From an uncultured Candidatus Rokubacteria bacterium (GTDB taxonomy: Bacteria > Methylomirabilota > Methylomirabilia > Rokubacteriales > CSP1-6): a stretch of 64,000 nucleotides of DNA. A program made the position numbers and the translations under genes. The notes below the pieces were generated by a model, which did not search any database, was not told the origin of the DNA, and was given only the letters and a program-made list of their open reading frames with translations. Within the stretch, counting starts at the first letter, position 1. Each line of letters opens with the position of its first letter. The DNA lies in the NCBI GenBank assembly GCA_963789955.1, contig CAWBMV010000022.1, positions 544,001 to 608,000 of the forward strand, in the 5' to 3' direction. Shown here piece after piece: positions 1 to 10,994 of the stretch.

Positions 1-435
1 AACCGCTTCGGCACGGTCAAGGACTATCCGTACATCGCGACCAGCTACCGGCTGACCGAGCACGAGCACTACGTCACGCAGCACGTGCCGGCCCTGGTCG
101 GGCTTCAGCCGAAGCCCTTTGTCGAGATACCCGAAGAGGTCGCGAAGGACAAGGGCATCCAGACCGGCGATCGCGTTCGCGTGAGCTCCAAGCGGGGCAA
201 GCTCGAGGTGCTGGCGGTCGTGACCAAGCGCCTGGGCGGCCTCGAGGTCAACGGCAAGAAGGTCTATCACATCGGGATTCCGATCCACTGGGGCTTCGTC
301 GGCATCGCCGCCGACCGGGATCCGACCAAGGGCGCCAACTGGCTCGCCAACGCGCTGACGCCGTTCGTGGGCGACGCCAACTCGCGCACACCGGAGTTCA
401 AGGCGTTCCTGGTGAACATCGAGAAGATTGGATGA
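1..435 (+). CDS. fdnG: Formate dehydrogenase major (Mo/W-bisPGD) subunit, C-terminal part (truncated by window edge)
   Basis: Frame open from base 1: ...YPYIATSYRLTEH...FVEIPEEVA..GI.TGD.VRV.SKRG...IGIPIHWG...ANALTPFVGDANSRTPEFKAFLVNIEK, typical FdnG/FdoG domain IV; followed by fdhE and an Fe-S subunit. Confidence 0.9.
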   Translation, partial: NRFGTVKDYPYIATSYRLTEHEHYVTQHVPALVGLQPKPFVEIPEEVAKDKGIQTGDRVRVSSKRGKLEVLAVVTKRLGGLEVNGKKVYHIGIPIHWGFVGIAADRDPTKGANWLANALTPFVGDANSRTPEFKAFLVNIEKIG

Positions 436-1235
436 AGGAGACCGCCGTCGCATCGCACGTCACGGAGGCCTGGGCCCGGCGCCGTCGCCGGGCTCGGCGG
501 CTCGTCGAGCGCCATGCCTTCGCGCGCGACCTGCTGCGGCTCTACGAGGCGCTACTCGACGTGCAGGAGCCCGCGTTCCTGAGGGCGCGGGACGATCAGC
601 CCGACCCGGCAAGCCTGGCCGGCTACGCGGCGCGCATCATCGACGAGGTTGCCGAGGCGACGAGCACCGCCGGGCCCCCAACCCTGGCGGTCGCGGTGCG
701 CGAACGGCTCCGCGAAGCGAAGCCGGCCGGGTTCATCACCCGATGGCTTGCCGGCGAGCGGCAGGCGCCGGTCGACGAATATCTGGCGCGGGCCGCGGTC
801 GCGCCCGTGCTCGAGGCGCTGGGGCCCGCGGCCGGCGGCGCCTGCTCCGGCCGGCCGGCCGAAGGCGGTTGTCCTCGCTGCGGTGGCCTGCCGCAGCTTT
901 CGTATCTGACCGATGCCGGCGAGACCCTGGTCAGTGGCCCGCGCATGCTCTTGTGCTCCCGTTGTGGCGAGAGCTGGATCCATCAGCGCATGACGTGCGC
1001 CGGGTGCGGTGAGCAAGCCACGAACAAGCTGCCGATCTTCGCCGACGGTGATCGCTTCCCGCATCTGCGCGCCGACGCCTGCGACACGTGCCGGCGCTAC
1101 CTGATCACGATCGATCTTCGCAAGGACGCGGACGCGGTGCCCGTCGTCGACGAGCTCATCGCGCTCCCGCTCGACCTCTACGTCAAGGAGCGCGGCTTCA
1201 CCAAGATCGTGCCCAATCTGATGGCGATCGGATAG
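432..1235 (+). CDS. fdhE: Formate dehydrogenase maturation protein FdhE
   Basis: Four CxxC pairs (CPRCG, CSRCG, CAGCG, CDTC), C-terminal PVVDELIALPLDL; ATGA overlap with fdnG. Confidence 0.88.
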   Translation: MKETAVASHVTEAWARRRRRARRLVERHAFARDLLRLYEALLDVQEPAFLRARDDQPDPASLAGYAARIIDEVAEATSTAGPPTLAVAVRERLREAKPAGFITRWLAGERQAPVDEYLARAAVAPVLEALGPAAGGACSGRPAEGGCPRCGGLPQLSYLTDAGETLVSGPRMLLCSRCGESWIHQRMTCAGCGEQATNKLPIFADGDRFPHLRADACDTCRRYLITIDLRKDADAVPVVDELIALPLDLYVKERGFTKIVPNLMAIG

Positions 1236-1245
1236 GAGAATCGCA

Positions 1246-2010
1246 ATGGCGCGAACGGTCGGCTTCTTCACCGACACGACGCTCTGTATCGGCTGCAAAG
1301 CCTGCGAGGTGGCGTGCAAGGAGTGGAACCAGCTCCCCGGGCACGCGCCTCAGTTCGGCGACGGCTACGACAATACCGGCCAGCTCGACGAGCAGAACTG
1401 GCGTCACGTCCAGTTCCACGAGCGGACCACCGCCAAGGGCGGCGTCGCCTGGAACATGATGAGCGACGTGTGCAAGCACTGCGCGATGGCGAGCTGCATG
1501 GAAGTGTGCCCGACCAACGCGATCATCCGGACGGAGTTCGACACCGTCTACATCCAGCCGGACGTCTGCAACGGCTGCCGTGACTGCATCGCGGCCTGCC
1601 CGTACCACGTCATCGGCTTCGACGAGGCCAGCGGCCTGGCCCGCAAGTGCACGTTCTGCTACGACCGGCTGCAGGCCAACCTGATGCCGGCCTGCGCCAA
1701 GGCGTGTCCGACCGAGTCGATCAAGTTCGGCGAGCTCGGCACGATGCGCGAGGTCGCCGGCGCGCGGCTGAATCAGCTGCGCGGGCAGGGGATGTCGGAG
1801 GCGCGACTCTACGGTGAAAAGGAGTACGGCGGCCTGCACGCGCTGTTTCTGTTGACCGACAAGCCGGAAGCCTACGGGCTCCCCAACACCGAGAGCGCGG
1901 TGCTGCCGAGCCGGAACAACGTGCGCGGCTATCTCGGCTCCCTGGTGACGGCCGTGCTCGGCGTCGTCGGCGCCGTCTTCGCGTTCCGCGAGCGCGGCGG
2001 GAAGGAGTAG
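1246..2010 (+). CDS. Formate dehydrogenase iron-sulfur subunit (4x[4Fe-4S], FdnH/NrfC-like) with C-terminal TM anchor
   Basis: CIGCKACEVAC, CKHCxxxxCMEVCP, CNGCRDCIAACP, KCTFC..R...PACAKACP; hydrophobic C-terminus; RBS GGAG. Confidence 0.9.
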   Translation: MARTVGFFTDTTLCIGCKACEVACKEWNQLPGHAPQFGDGYDNTGQLDEQNWRHVQFHERTTAKGGVAWNMMSDVCKHCAMASCMEVCPTNAIIRTEFDTVYIQPDVCNGCRDCIAACPYHVIGFDEASGLARKCTFCYDRLQANLMPACAKACPTESIKFGELGTMREVAGARLNQLRGQGMSEARLYGEKEYGGLHALFLLTDKPEAYGLPNTESAVLPSRNNVRGYLGSLVTAVLGVVGAVFAFRERGGKE

Positions 2011-2014
2011 CGCC

Positions 2015-2877
2015 ATGGACCACTTCGTCGCGCCGCCGCAGTGGGAGTGGTACATCGTCTGGTATTTCTTCCTGGGTGGTATCGCGGGCGGCGTGTACGC
2101 GCTGGGCGCGATCCTGCGCGCTGATGGGCGACGAGCGGGACGCGCCCGTCGCGCGGCTCGCCTTTCTGCTGAGCCTGCCGGTCCTGGCCATCTGCCCGAT
2201 CTTGCTGACGCTCGATCTCGGGCGGCCGCTGCGGTTCTGGCACATGATGATCGACAGCCGCACCTTCGGCCTCAACTTCAAGTACTGGTCGCCGATGTCC
2301 GTCGGCGTCTGGGGGCTGCTGATCTTCGGCCTGTTCGCGCTGGTGTCGTTCCTGGACGCGCTGCCGAGCCTGCGAGGCTCACGCCGCTCCGTTCCTGCGC
2401 GGCGGTCTCGGCCGCGTGTTCGTGATCGTCGGCGCCGTCTTCGGACTGTTCCTGGCGGGCTACACCGGAGTCCTGCTGAGCGTGAGCAACCAGCCGATCT
2501 GGAGCGACACGTGGACGCTCGGCGCCCTGTTCCTGGCGTCGGGCCTGAGCGTGGCCGCGGCCGCGCTCAGCCTCGTGACACGTCTGGGCCGCCACGAGCA
2601 AAGCGCCGAGGCGAAGCTCACCCGGGTCGATCGTTACTTCACGGTCCTGGAGCTGGCGCTCCTCGTGGTCTTCTTCCTGAGCCTCGGCGCGCTCGGCTCG
2701 CGGTTCCTGGAGCCGCGCTGGATGGCGCTCTGGGTGGTCGTGCTGGTCGGCACGCTCGTGCCGCTGGCGCTCCACTTCTCGACCGAGCGCCGCGCGCCCG
2801 CCATGCTCGCGGCCGTCCTGACCCTGATGGGCGGGCTGGCCCTGCGCATCGTCGTGGTGTTCGGAGCGCAGATGTAG
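2015..2877 (+). CDS. nrfD: NrfD/PsrC-type membrane anchor (two apparent frameshifts near 2120 and 2390)
   Basis: P.W.WYIVWYFFLGGIAGG; DLGRPLRFWHM; SPMSVGVWGL; YTGVLLS...PIW motifs spread over three frames. Confidence 0.85.
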
Positions 2878-2903
2878 GGAGGATCTCCGCCTCTCCTGTC
2901 CCC

Positions 2904-3570
2904 ATGCTGAAGATCGGAGTGCGGTTACCCGCGGCAGTTCGAGGACTCCGGAGACTATCTGGCCGACGCACGCGCCATGGAGTCGGCCGGCGCCGACTCG
3001 TTGTGGCTCGACGACGACGGCTACGACCCCTGGCTGCTGCTGGCGGGCATGGCGACCATCACCGGCCGCATCCGTCTCGTCGCCCCGGTCGCGAGCGCCG
3101 AGCTGCGCGCGTCCAAGGATCTCGAGGCGAAGATCGCGACGTTGAGCCGTCTGTCACGCGGCCGCATGGCGCTCGCCGTCACCGGCGCGGCCGAAGGCGG
3201 GGCCGGGGTCGATGCCGCCATCGCGCTCGCCCGGGGCGCGCACTGCTGCGTGATTCTCGAGACCGCGAGCGATCGTCGCGCGGGCCTGGCCGACGGCGTG
3301 ATCGGCTTCAGCGAGTCGCCCGAGCGGTTCCGCGCCGCGGTCGAGCCCGTCGCGAAATTCCGCGAGCGCGAGAAGCTCACCGGCGCCTTCGAGCGCTGGG
3401 CCGCGATCAAGATGCCGGACGATCGCGAGACCTGGCGCCGACTGCGCCACGAATACGAAGAAGCCGGCGCCACCGGCATCGTCGTCCCCCTCGATCCTCG
3501 ACTGCTCGATCTCCTCCGCAACGGAGACGAGGAGGAGGATCGCTCCGACCTGGGGCTGGCGCAGGGCTGA
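2904..3570 (+). CDS. Short luciferase-like (LLM) fold protein (frameshift near 2940)
   Basis: MLKIGVRLP / DYLADARAMESAGADSLW..DPWLLLAGMA.ITGRIRL..ATLSRLSRGRM; about 220 aa. Confidence 0.65.
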
Positions 3571-3578
3571 GCCCCGCG

Positions 3579-4931
3579 TCAGGCGCCCGCCACCACGCGG
3601 GCGAGATCGCTCACGTCGGGCGTGCGCTCGAGGCTCGTCGACCGCCTCGACGACGGCCGCGGCCGTGCGCCGGGTCGAGCACCGAGGCCGTGTACCGTCG
3701 AAACTTCTCCGCGGCTTCGTTCCAGGTGAACGGATTGCTCGGGGCACCTTTGTGGGGACGGGTGCGGACCGCGTGGCGCTGCCCTCCGCACTCGATGACG
3801 ATCTCGGCGGGCCAGAAGCCGGGTGTCTCGTGTGACGCCGCCTCCCGCGGCACCAGCTCGATCCGGCGCGCCAGGCCGCGGACGATCGGGTCCGCGACCG
3901 CGTCGGCGTCGTAGACGAGCGGGTTGGACATGTCGCGGGTCAGCGCGACCGCGGCCGTGAAGGGCAGGCTGTACTGGCCGCCCAGCACGTCGTGCGGCTC
4001 GCGCGCCGCGTGCCGTTCCTCCATGATCCGCGGCGCGCCGCTGATCACCACGCGCGTGATCGCCGCGGGCTCGAGCGGATGCTCGCGCTTGAGGTCCTGG
4101 ATCGCCTGGACGACCGCCTGCTGCGTGACGTGCGTCGCGTACGACTTGAGCGACGGAGGCTCGATGGCCCACTCGGCGCCGAGGCCGTCCACGAGCTTCT
4201 CCAGCCGTGGCGGCGTCGAGAACGCGTTGAAGTAGCCGGAGCGGCCCTCGAGGACCGTCGGCGGGGCCGCGCACGCCCTGGCGCGCGAGCAGCGCGCTCT
4301 CGAGCCCGAGCTGACTCGCGCGTCCCAGATGCAGGCGCTTGGTGTCGCCGCCGCTCCACGCGAACTCGAGGAGCCCCGCGCTCGACGAGCCCGCGATGCC
4401 CAGCGCGTCGGTCAGCCGCTCCGCGTCGAATCCGTAGAGCTTGCCCACCGCGGCGGCGGCGCCGAACGGTCCCTGCGTGCCCGGATTGTGAAAGCCGCGT
4501 ACGGTCTCGAGGCCGACGGCGGTGCGCGCGATCCGCGCCGAGACCTCGAAGCCGAGCGCCAGCGCGGTGAGGAACGCGACGCCGTCGAGCCGCTCCCGCT
4601 CGCACACCGCGAGCGCCGCCGGCAGCACGGTGCCGCTGGCGTGGGAGCCGGTCAAGGGCTCGCATTCGAAGGCGCCGATGAGCACGCCGTTGGCGAGCGC
4701 GGCGCGCGCCACGTCGGTCCGCCAGCCGTGATGGATCACCGAGGCCTGCGGCGCGCCGCCGAGATCCTTGACCACCGCCACGATGCGCTGCGCCCACGGC
4801 AGCCGGGTGCCGACGAGCGCCGCGCCGAACGTGTCCAGGACGGTGATCTTGAGGTTCTCGACCAGCCGCCGGGGCAGGTCGGCGAACGTGGTCTCGGCGA
4901 CGAAGCGGGCGAGCGTGCGCGTGTCGTTCAT
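3579..4931 (-). CDS. MmgE/PrpD family protein (frameshifts near 4262 and 3660)
   Basis: TRTLARFV..T.FADLP; GFEVSARI; GFH.PGT.GPFGAAAA; TKRLHLG; K.Y.T; QYSLPF; KG.P.NP motifs. Confidence 0.85.
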   Translation of the reverse strand: MNDTRTLARFVAETTFADLPRRLVENLKITVLDTFGAALVGTRLPWAQRIVAVVKDLGGAPQASVIHHGWRTDVARAALANGVLIGAFECEPLTGSHASGTVLPAALAVCERERLDGVAFLTALALGFEVSARIARTAVGLETVRGFHNPGTQGPFGAAAAVGKLYGFDAERLTDALGIAGSSSAGLLEFAWSGGDTKRLHLGRASQLGLESALLARQGVRGPADGPRGPLRLLQRVLDAATAGEARGRPRRRVGHRASVAQVVRDARHAAGGRPGDPGPQARASARARGDHARGDQRRAADHGGTARGARAARRAGRPVQPALHGRGRADPRHVQPARLRRRRGRGPDRPRPGAPDRAGAAGGGVTRDTRLLARRDRHRVRRAAPRGPHPSPQRCPEQSVHLERSRGEVSTVHGLGARPGARPRPSSRRSTSLERTPDVSDLARVVAGA

Positions 4932-5056
4932 GCGCCGCCGCGAGTATACCGGCGTCGCGGCCCGCCCGGCGGCGAGACGCGCGGCCGGCGATGGTGCTAA
5001 GCTGCGGCCTCGATCTCGGCGCGCCCGGCGCGCACGACGGCAGCGGAAAGGGACCC

Positions 5057-6472
5057 ATGAGCAGCGATCTCTGCTTCTCCACGGCGGTGGAGCTGGCGCG
5101 GCGGATCCGCGCGCGCGAGGTGTCGGTCACCGAAGTCGTCCAGGCGCACCTGGCGCAGATCGCGCGGGTGAATCCGAAGGTGAACGCGATCGTCACGCTC
5201 ACCGCCGAGCGCGCGCTGGCCGAGGCGCGCGAGAAGGACGCGGCGCTCGCGCGCGGCGAGGCCGCCGGGCCGCTCTTCGGCCTGCCGGTCGCGCACAAGG
5301 ACCTGGTGCCGACGCGGGGCATCCGGACGACCTACGGGTCGCCGATCTACCGCGACAACGTCCCGGAGCAGGACGCGCTCCTGGTCGAGCGGCTGCGGGC
5401 GGCCGGCGCGATCACCTTCGGCAAGACGAACACGCCCGAGTTCGGCGCCGGCTCGCAGACCTTCAACGAGGTCTTCGGCCGCACGCTCAACCCGTACGAT
5501 CCGACGAAGACGTGCGGCGGCTCGAGCGGCGGCGCCGCCGTCGCGCTCGCGTGCGGCATGGTGCCGATCGCGGACGGCAGCGATACCGGCGGCTCGCTCC
5601 GCAACCCGGCGAGCTTCTGCAACGTGGTCGGCCTGCGCGGCGCGGTCGGCCGGGTCCCGCCGTGGCCGACGGATGCGCCGTGGGGCACCCTGCACGTGCC
5701 CGGCGCCATGGCGCGCACCGTCGCGGACCTGGCGCTGATGCTGAGCGCGATGGCCGGTCCCGATCGCCGCTCGCCGGTCGCGATCGCGGAGCCGGGCGAC
5801 CGCTTCCGCGGCGACCTCGGGCGCGATTTCAAGGGCGTGCGGATCGCCTGGAGCCGCGATCTCGGCGGGCTGCCGATCGACCGGCGGGTGACGAAGGTGC
5901 TCGACGCGCAGCGCGCGACGTTCGAGGCGCTCGGCTGCCGGATCGAGGACGGCGCGCCCGATTTCACCGACGCCCGGCAGATCTTCCAGGTGCAGCGCGC
6001 GCTGAGCTTCGCCACCCGGTACGGACCGCTGCTCGCCCAGCATCGCCACCAGATGAAGGACACGGTCATCTGGAACGTCGAGGAGGGGCTCAAGCTGACC
6101 GCGCGGGAGATCGGCGAGGCCGAGGTGCAGCGCGCGCGGCTCTATCATCGCGTGCGCGAGTTCATGGAGCGCCACGAGTTCCTGCTGATCCCCACCGTGC
6201 AGGTGCCGCCGTTCGACGTCACCCAGCCGTACGTCACCGAGATCGACGGCGTGCGGCTGCCCACGTACATCGACTGGATGCGCTCCTGCTCGGACATCAC
6301 GGTGACGGGCTTGCCGGCCATCTCGGTCCCCGCCGGCTTCACGGACGAGGGACTGCCGGTCGGGCTGCAGATCGTCGGACGTCACCAGGACGAGTGGGGC
6401 GTGCTCCAGATCGCGCACGCGTTCGAGCAGGCTACCGGGTTCTACCGACGGCGGCCGGCGCTCGCCGGCTGA
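5057..6472 (+). CDS. Amidase (amidase-signature family)
   Basis: GLPVAHKD, GKTNTPEFG, GGSSGGAA, GSDTGGSLRNPA, GLPVGLQIVG; ATG 5057 with RBS. Confidence 0.93.
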   Translation: MSSDLCFSTAVELARRIRAREVSVTEVVQAHLAQIARVNPKVNAIVTLTAERALAEAREKDAALARGEAAGPLFGLPVAHKDLVPTRGIRTTYGSPIYRDNVPEQDALLVERLRAAGAITFGKTNTPEFGAGSQTFNEVFGRTLNPYDPTKTCGGSSGGAAVALACGMVPIADGSDTGGSLRNPASFCNVVGLRGAVGRVPPWPTDAPWGTLHVPGAMARTVADLALMLSAMAGPDRRSPVAIAEPGDRFRGDLGRDFKGVRIAWSRDLGGLPIDRRVTKVLDAQRATFEALGCRIEDGAPDFTDARQIFQVQRALSFATRYGPLLAQHRHQMKDTVIWNVEEGLKLTAREIGEAEVQRARLYHRVREFMERHEFLLIPTVQVPPFDVTQPYVTEIDGVRLPTYIDWMRSCSDITVTGLPAISVPAGFTDEGLPVGLQIVGRHQDEWGVLQIAHAFEQATGFYRRRPALAG

Positions 6473-6481
6473 GCCGCGGCG

Positions 6482-6811
6482 TCACCGTTCGACATCGCTG
6501 CCTGTTCGAAGGCTCGGGTCGAGCAGCTCGCCGTCGATGTCGATGAAGACGATCGACTCGGCGTCGGGGGCGCGCTGCACCCAGATCGCCGACGCCACGA
6601 CGCCCGTCTGCAGATTCAATCCCTGCCAGACGCCGCCGGTCGGCGGGCGATCGCGTCGACTGCGCGTCACCGCAAGCTTGTATTCGGCGAACCCCTCGTG
6701 CGCGAGCGCCTCGACGACGTCTCGAGGCTGCGCGGCCCACGCCTGATCGTTCTCGGACCAATGCATCTTGCCGCTCTGCCGTAGCTCGCTCAGCCCTGGA
6801 AGCTGCTCCAT
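6482..6811 (-). CDS. Small hypothetical protein (109 aa)
   Basis: Strong RBS GGAGGTG before ATG 6811; protein-like composition (GGVWQGLN..TG.VASAIWV...VFIDIDG); sigma54-type promoter upstream. Confidence 0.65.
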   Translation of the reverse strand: MEQLPGLSELRQSGKMHWSENDQAWAAQPRDVVEALAHEGFAEYKLAVTRSRRDRPPTGGVWQGLNLQTGVVASAIWVQRAPDAESIVFIDIDGELLDPSLRTGSDVER

Positions 6812-6925
6812 GCGCACCTCCTGGCGGCTTGATCGTCCTACCCCAGTGATAGCTCGAGCGCGATTGCCCGGTGATGACGAGTCGATGACCACGTCGTGAA
6901 CTTCGACCTCAGGGGCTGTACCGCA

Positions 6926-6942
6926 CGCAAGGTGCTTGCCAC
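6926..6942 (-). promoter_or_regulatory. Sigma54 (-24/-12) promoter
   Basis: Minus strand GTGGCAAGCACCTTGCG = TGGCA-N6-TTGC with exact GG-N10-GC spacing; divergent from a sigma54 activator. Confidence 0.65.
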
Positions 6943-7176
6943 GCAGATGGACGCCGCGGCTCGCGCCGCGATCGCGGCGGCAAGTGTCGGCAAACGCGAG
7001 CGTGTCGCTCGGCGTGGCGAGCTCGAGCCTGAGGGTTCGGCATTCGGGACGCCGCAAGAACGGTCACACGCTCGCGCCCGGTGCCCGAACCGGGTGCAGC
7101 GAGATCAAGACGTTAGCGCGTGTGGCCGTCGATCGTCCGGGTGAGCGCTTCCGCCACACTCGCGCCTCGCCATTCC

Positions 7177-7205
7177 TTGACATCGTTTTGGAGCGCCAAT
7201 ACTCT
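7177..7205 (+). promoter_or_regulatory. Sigma70-type promoter for the sigma54 activator gene
   Basis: TTGACA-17 nt-TACTCT. Confidence 0.6.
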
Positions 7206-7471
7206 GGCGTGGTAATTCATGCGACACGCAGCGCGTCCCGGTTTCTTTCTGCTTGGCTCGCCGGCTTTTCGCCTCCCCGGCCGAGGCGTGTTCTGATCGT
7301 CTAGTCCTCGCCACGCCGCGCGGCCCGTGTCGAGCTTGCCGCGCGCGACGTCGGTTCACTCCGTTGTCTCGGTCCGCGAAGCGCGGCAGTCCGCGCGCGC
7401 GCCGGAGCGCCGATTGTGAGTCGCCGGCCGAACGACCCCGATCAAGGACATGCAAGTGAGGACAAACAGAA

Positions 7472-8478
<1,007 letters not shown>

Positions 8479-8509
8479 TACTCTTTCACCCGAGCGGTGG
8501 AGATTTGCC

Positions 8510-9472
8510 ATGAAAGCCTACTGGATCAGCCCTGGCCCCGCCGGAACCGGTGTCGAGCTGCGCGAGACCGCCACACCCGAGCCGAAGGCCGGCGAGATTC
8601 TCGTCCGGGTGCGCGCCGCCTCGCTGAACCGCGGCGAGCTACTGGGCGGCGTGTACGGCGCGGCGCCGAAGCCCGGCGGAGGCGAGTGCGCGGGCGAGGT
8701 GGTCAAGGTCGGTGAGGGCGTCACTGGCGTCGCGATCGGCGCGCGCATGATGGGACGCTGCGGCGGCGGCTTCGCCGAGCTCGCCGTGATGGACGCGCGC
8801 GAGGCCCTGCGGGTGCCGGAGCGGCTCACGTGGGAGGAAGCGGCCGCCGCTCCGCTCACCTTCATCGTCGTCTACGACATGCTGATCGCTCAGGGCCATC
8901 TGGCCGCCGGCCAGTGGCTGCTCGTCACCGCGGTCTCGTCCGGAGTCGGCGTGGCCGCGCTTCAGACGGCCAAGGCGCTGGGGGCGCGCGTCATCGGCAC
9001 CTCCGGGTCCGCCGAGAAGCTGGCGCGGCTCGAGAAGCTCGGGCTCGACGTCGGCCTGTGCACGCGCGCCGGCGATTTCCACGACGCGGTCGTGAAGGCC
9101 ACGGACGGCAAGGGCGTGAACCTCGTGGTCAACAACGTCGGCGGCTCGGTCTTCGGCGAGTGCATGAAGTCGCTGGCCTTCGAGGGGCGACTGGCAACGG
9201 TGGGTCATCTGGACCGCGTCCTGTCCGCCGCGCTGGATATCGAGCTGCTCCACCGCAAGCGCCTCACCGTATTCGGCGTCAGCAACCGCCTGCGGACCGC
9301 GGCGCAGCGCGCCGAGACCGTGCGCGCGTTCGCGCGCGACGTGCTGCCGTACTTCGCCGACGGGCGGCTGCGCCCGCTGGTCGACCGGGTCTTCGGCTTC
9401 GACGAGCTGCCGGCCGCCGTTCAGTTCATGGAGTCGGACGCACAGGTCGGCAAGATCGTCGTCCGCGTCTGA
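8510..9472 (+). CDS. MDR-family NAD(P)H:quinone oxidoreductase (zeta-crystallin/PIG3-like)
   Basis: [37 protein letters not shown]; lacks Zn-ligand Cys cluster. Confidence 0.85.
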   Translation: MKAYWISPGPAGTGVELRETATPEPKAGEILVRVRAASLNRGELLGGVYGAAPKPGGGECAGEVVKVGEGVTGVAIGARMMGRCGGGFAELAVMDAREALRVPERLTWEEAAAAPLTFIVVYDMLIAQGHLAAGQWLLVTAVSSGVGVAALQTAKALGARVIGTSGSAEKLARLEKLGLDVGLCTRAGDFHDAVVKATDGKGVNLVVNNVGGSVFGECMKSLAFEGRLATVGHLDRVLSAALDIELLHRKRLTVFGVSNRLRTAAQRAETVRAFARDVLPYFADGRLRPLVDRVFGFDELPAAVQFMESDAQVGKIVVRV

Positions 9473-9487
9473 TCCGCGGAGCCGGTC

Positions 9488-10942
9488 TCACGCGTAGCCG
9501 GGCGGCGGCACGAACGCCTGGAACTCGCGCTCGAGGAGCCGCGCGAAGGCCAGGCACTTCAGATCGCCGTACTGCGGGCCGACGATCTGCACGCCGACCG
9601 GCAGCCCGCCCGGCGTGAACCCGCACGGCGCGGCGGTCGAGGGCAGGAAGAACGCGCCGCTGTAGCCGGCCCAGAACAGGTGATCGGTGACGGGAACGCG
9701 CTGACCGTTGACGACCAGGGTGCGCTCGTGGCGCTCGCCCTTGTGATCGTGAGGAAACGCCGCGGTGCCGGCGACGGGGCAGAGGAGCAGGTCGTATTGC
9801 GTGAAGAACTCCGCCCACGCGCGCCGCATGCGATGGCGCGTCTCGTTCGCGGCGAGCCAGTCGCGGTGTGACAGGACCGCCGCGCGCATGGCCCGCGCGT
9901 AGTAGCTCTGGTCGCTGACGGCGAGCCCGCGGGCGATCGCCGTGTTCTGCTCGAAATCGGTATCGCTCTGACGATCCGAGGTCGCGGCGCGCAGGAGCCG
10001 TGTGTAGACGCTGAAGGCCTCGCCGGTGTCGATCGCCGGGCGGGCGCGCGCGTCGACCTTCACTTTCTGCCGGCCCAGGAAGTCGCCCAGCGCTTGCAGG
10101 CGGTCTTGCACCTCGCGATCCACCGCCACCCCAGGCGCGTCGAGCATCAGGGCCACCTTGAAGTCACGCAGCCGCTTCTGCCGCGGCGGTACCAGCCGGA
10201 GCTGCCACCCCGCGGCCTCGATCTCGTCGGGGCCGGCCATGACCGAGAGCGCGAGCGCGAGATCCTCGGCACTGCGCGCCAGCGGGCCGACGACGTCGAT
10301 GTCGACGGCCGCCGTCTGCCAGGGCAGCGCCTGACCGGTGCGCGGCACGATGCCCCAGCTCGGCTTGTGGCCGTAGACGCCGCAGAAGTGCGCCGGGTTG
10401 CGGATCGACGAGCCGATATCGCTGCCGGCTTCGAGTCCGGTGAGCCCGGCCGCGAGGGCCGCCGCGGAGCCGCCCGACGATCCGCCGGGCGCGCGCGTCA
10501 CGTCCCACGGATTGTTCGTCGTCCCGTAGATCGCGTTGTAGCTCTGCCAGTCGGCCAGAAACAGCGGCACGTTCGTCTTGCCGAAGAGCACGACGCCGGC
10601 GCCGAGCAGCCGGTCGACGGCGACCGCGTTCTTCGTCGCGACGTTCTTGGCGTACGCGGGCACGCCCCAGGTCGTCGGCAGGCCCGCGACGTCGTACGAC
10701 TCCTTGATCGTCATCGGCACGCCGTGCAGCGGCCCCCACACTTGGCGTCGCGCCAGCGCCCGGTCGGCCGCACGCGCGCGGGTGCGCGCGCGCTCGAAGT
10801 CGCGAACGACGACGGCATTCAGGGCACCGTCGTACTTTTCGACCCGGGCCAGGTAGAGGTCCAGCAGCTCCAGGCAGCCGATCTTTTTCTTGCGGACGTC
10901 CGCGGCGAGCTGCTTGGCGGAGCGGAAGGGGATATCGAGCAT
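9488..10942 (-). CDS. Amidase (amidase-signature family)
   Basis: GVPMTIKE, GKTNVP, GGSSGGSAA, GSDIGSSIRNPA, GLPVGVQIVG. Confidence 0.93.
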   Translation of the reverse strand: MLDIPFRSAKQLAADVRKKKIGCLELLDLYLARVEKYDGALNAVVVRDFERARTRARAADRALARRQVWGPLHGVPMTIKESYDVAGLPTTWGVPAYAKNVATKNAVAVDRLLGAGVVLFGKTNVPLFLADWQSYNAIYGTTNNPWDVTRAPGGSSGGSAAALAAGLTGLEAGSDIGSSIRNPAHFCGVYGHKPSWGIVPRTGQALPWQTAAVDIDVVGPLARSAEDLALALSVMAGPDEIEAAGWQLRLVPPRQKRLRDFKVALMLDAPGVAVDREVQDRLQALGDFLGRQKVKVDARARPAIDTGEAFSVYTRLLRAATSDRQSDTDFEQNTAIARGLAVSDQSYYARAMRAAVLSHRDWLAANETRHRMRRAWAEFFTQYDLLLCPVAGTAAFPHDHKGERHERTLVVNGQRVPVTDHLFWAGYSGAFFLPSTAAPCGFTPGGLPVGVQIVGPQYGDLKCLAFARLLEREFQAFVPPPGYA

Positions 10943-10994
10943 GGCCGGCCTCCGCGAAGTATACTGCGCTTCCTATGAACAGATCGGAGCGCCC

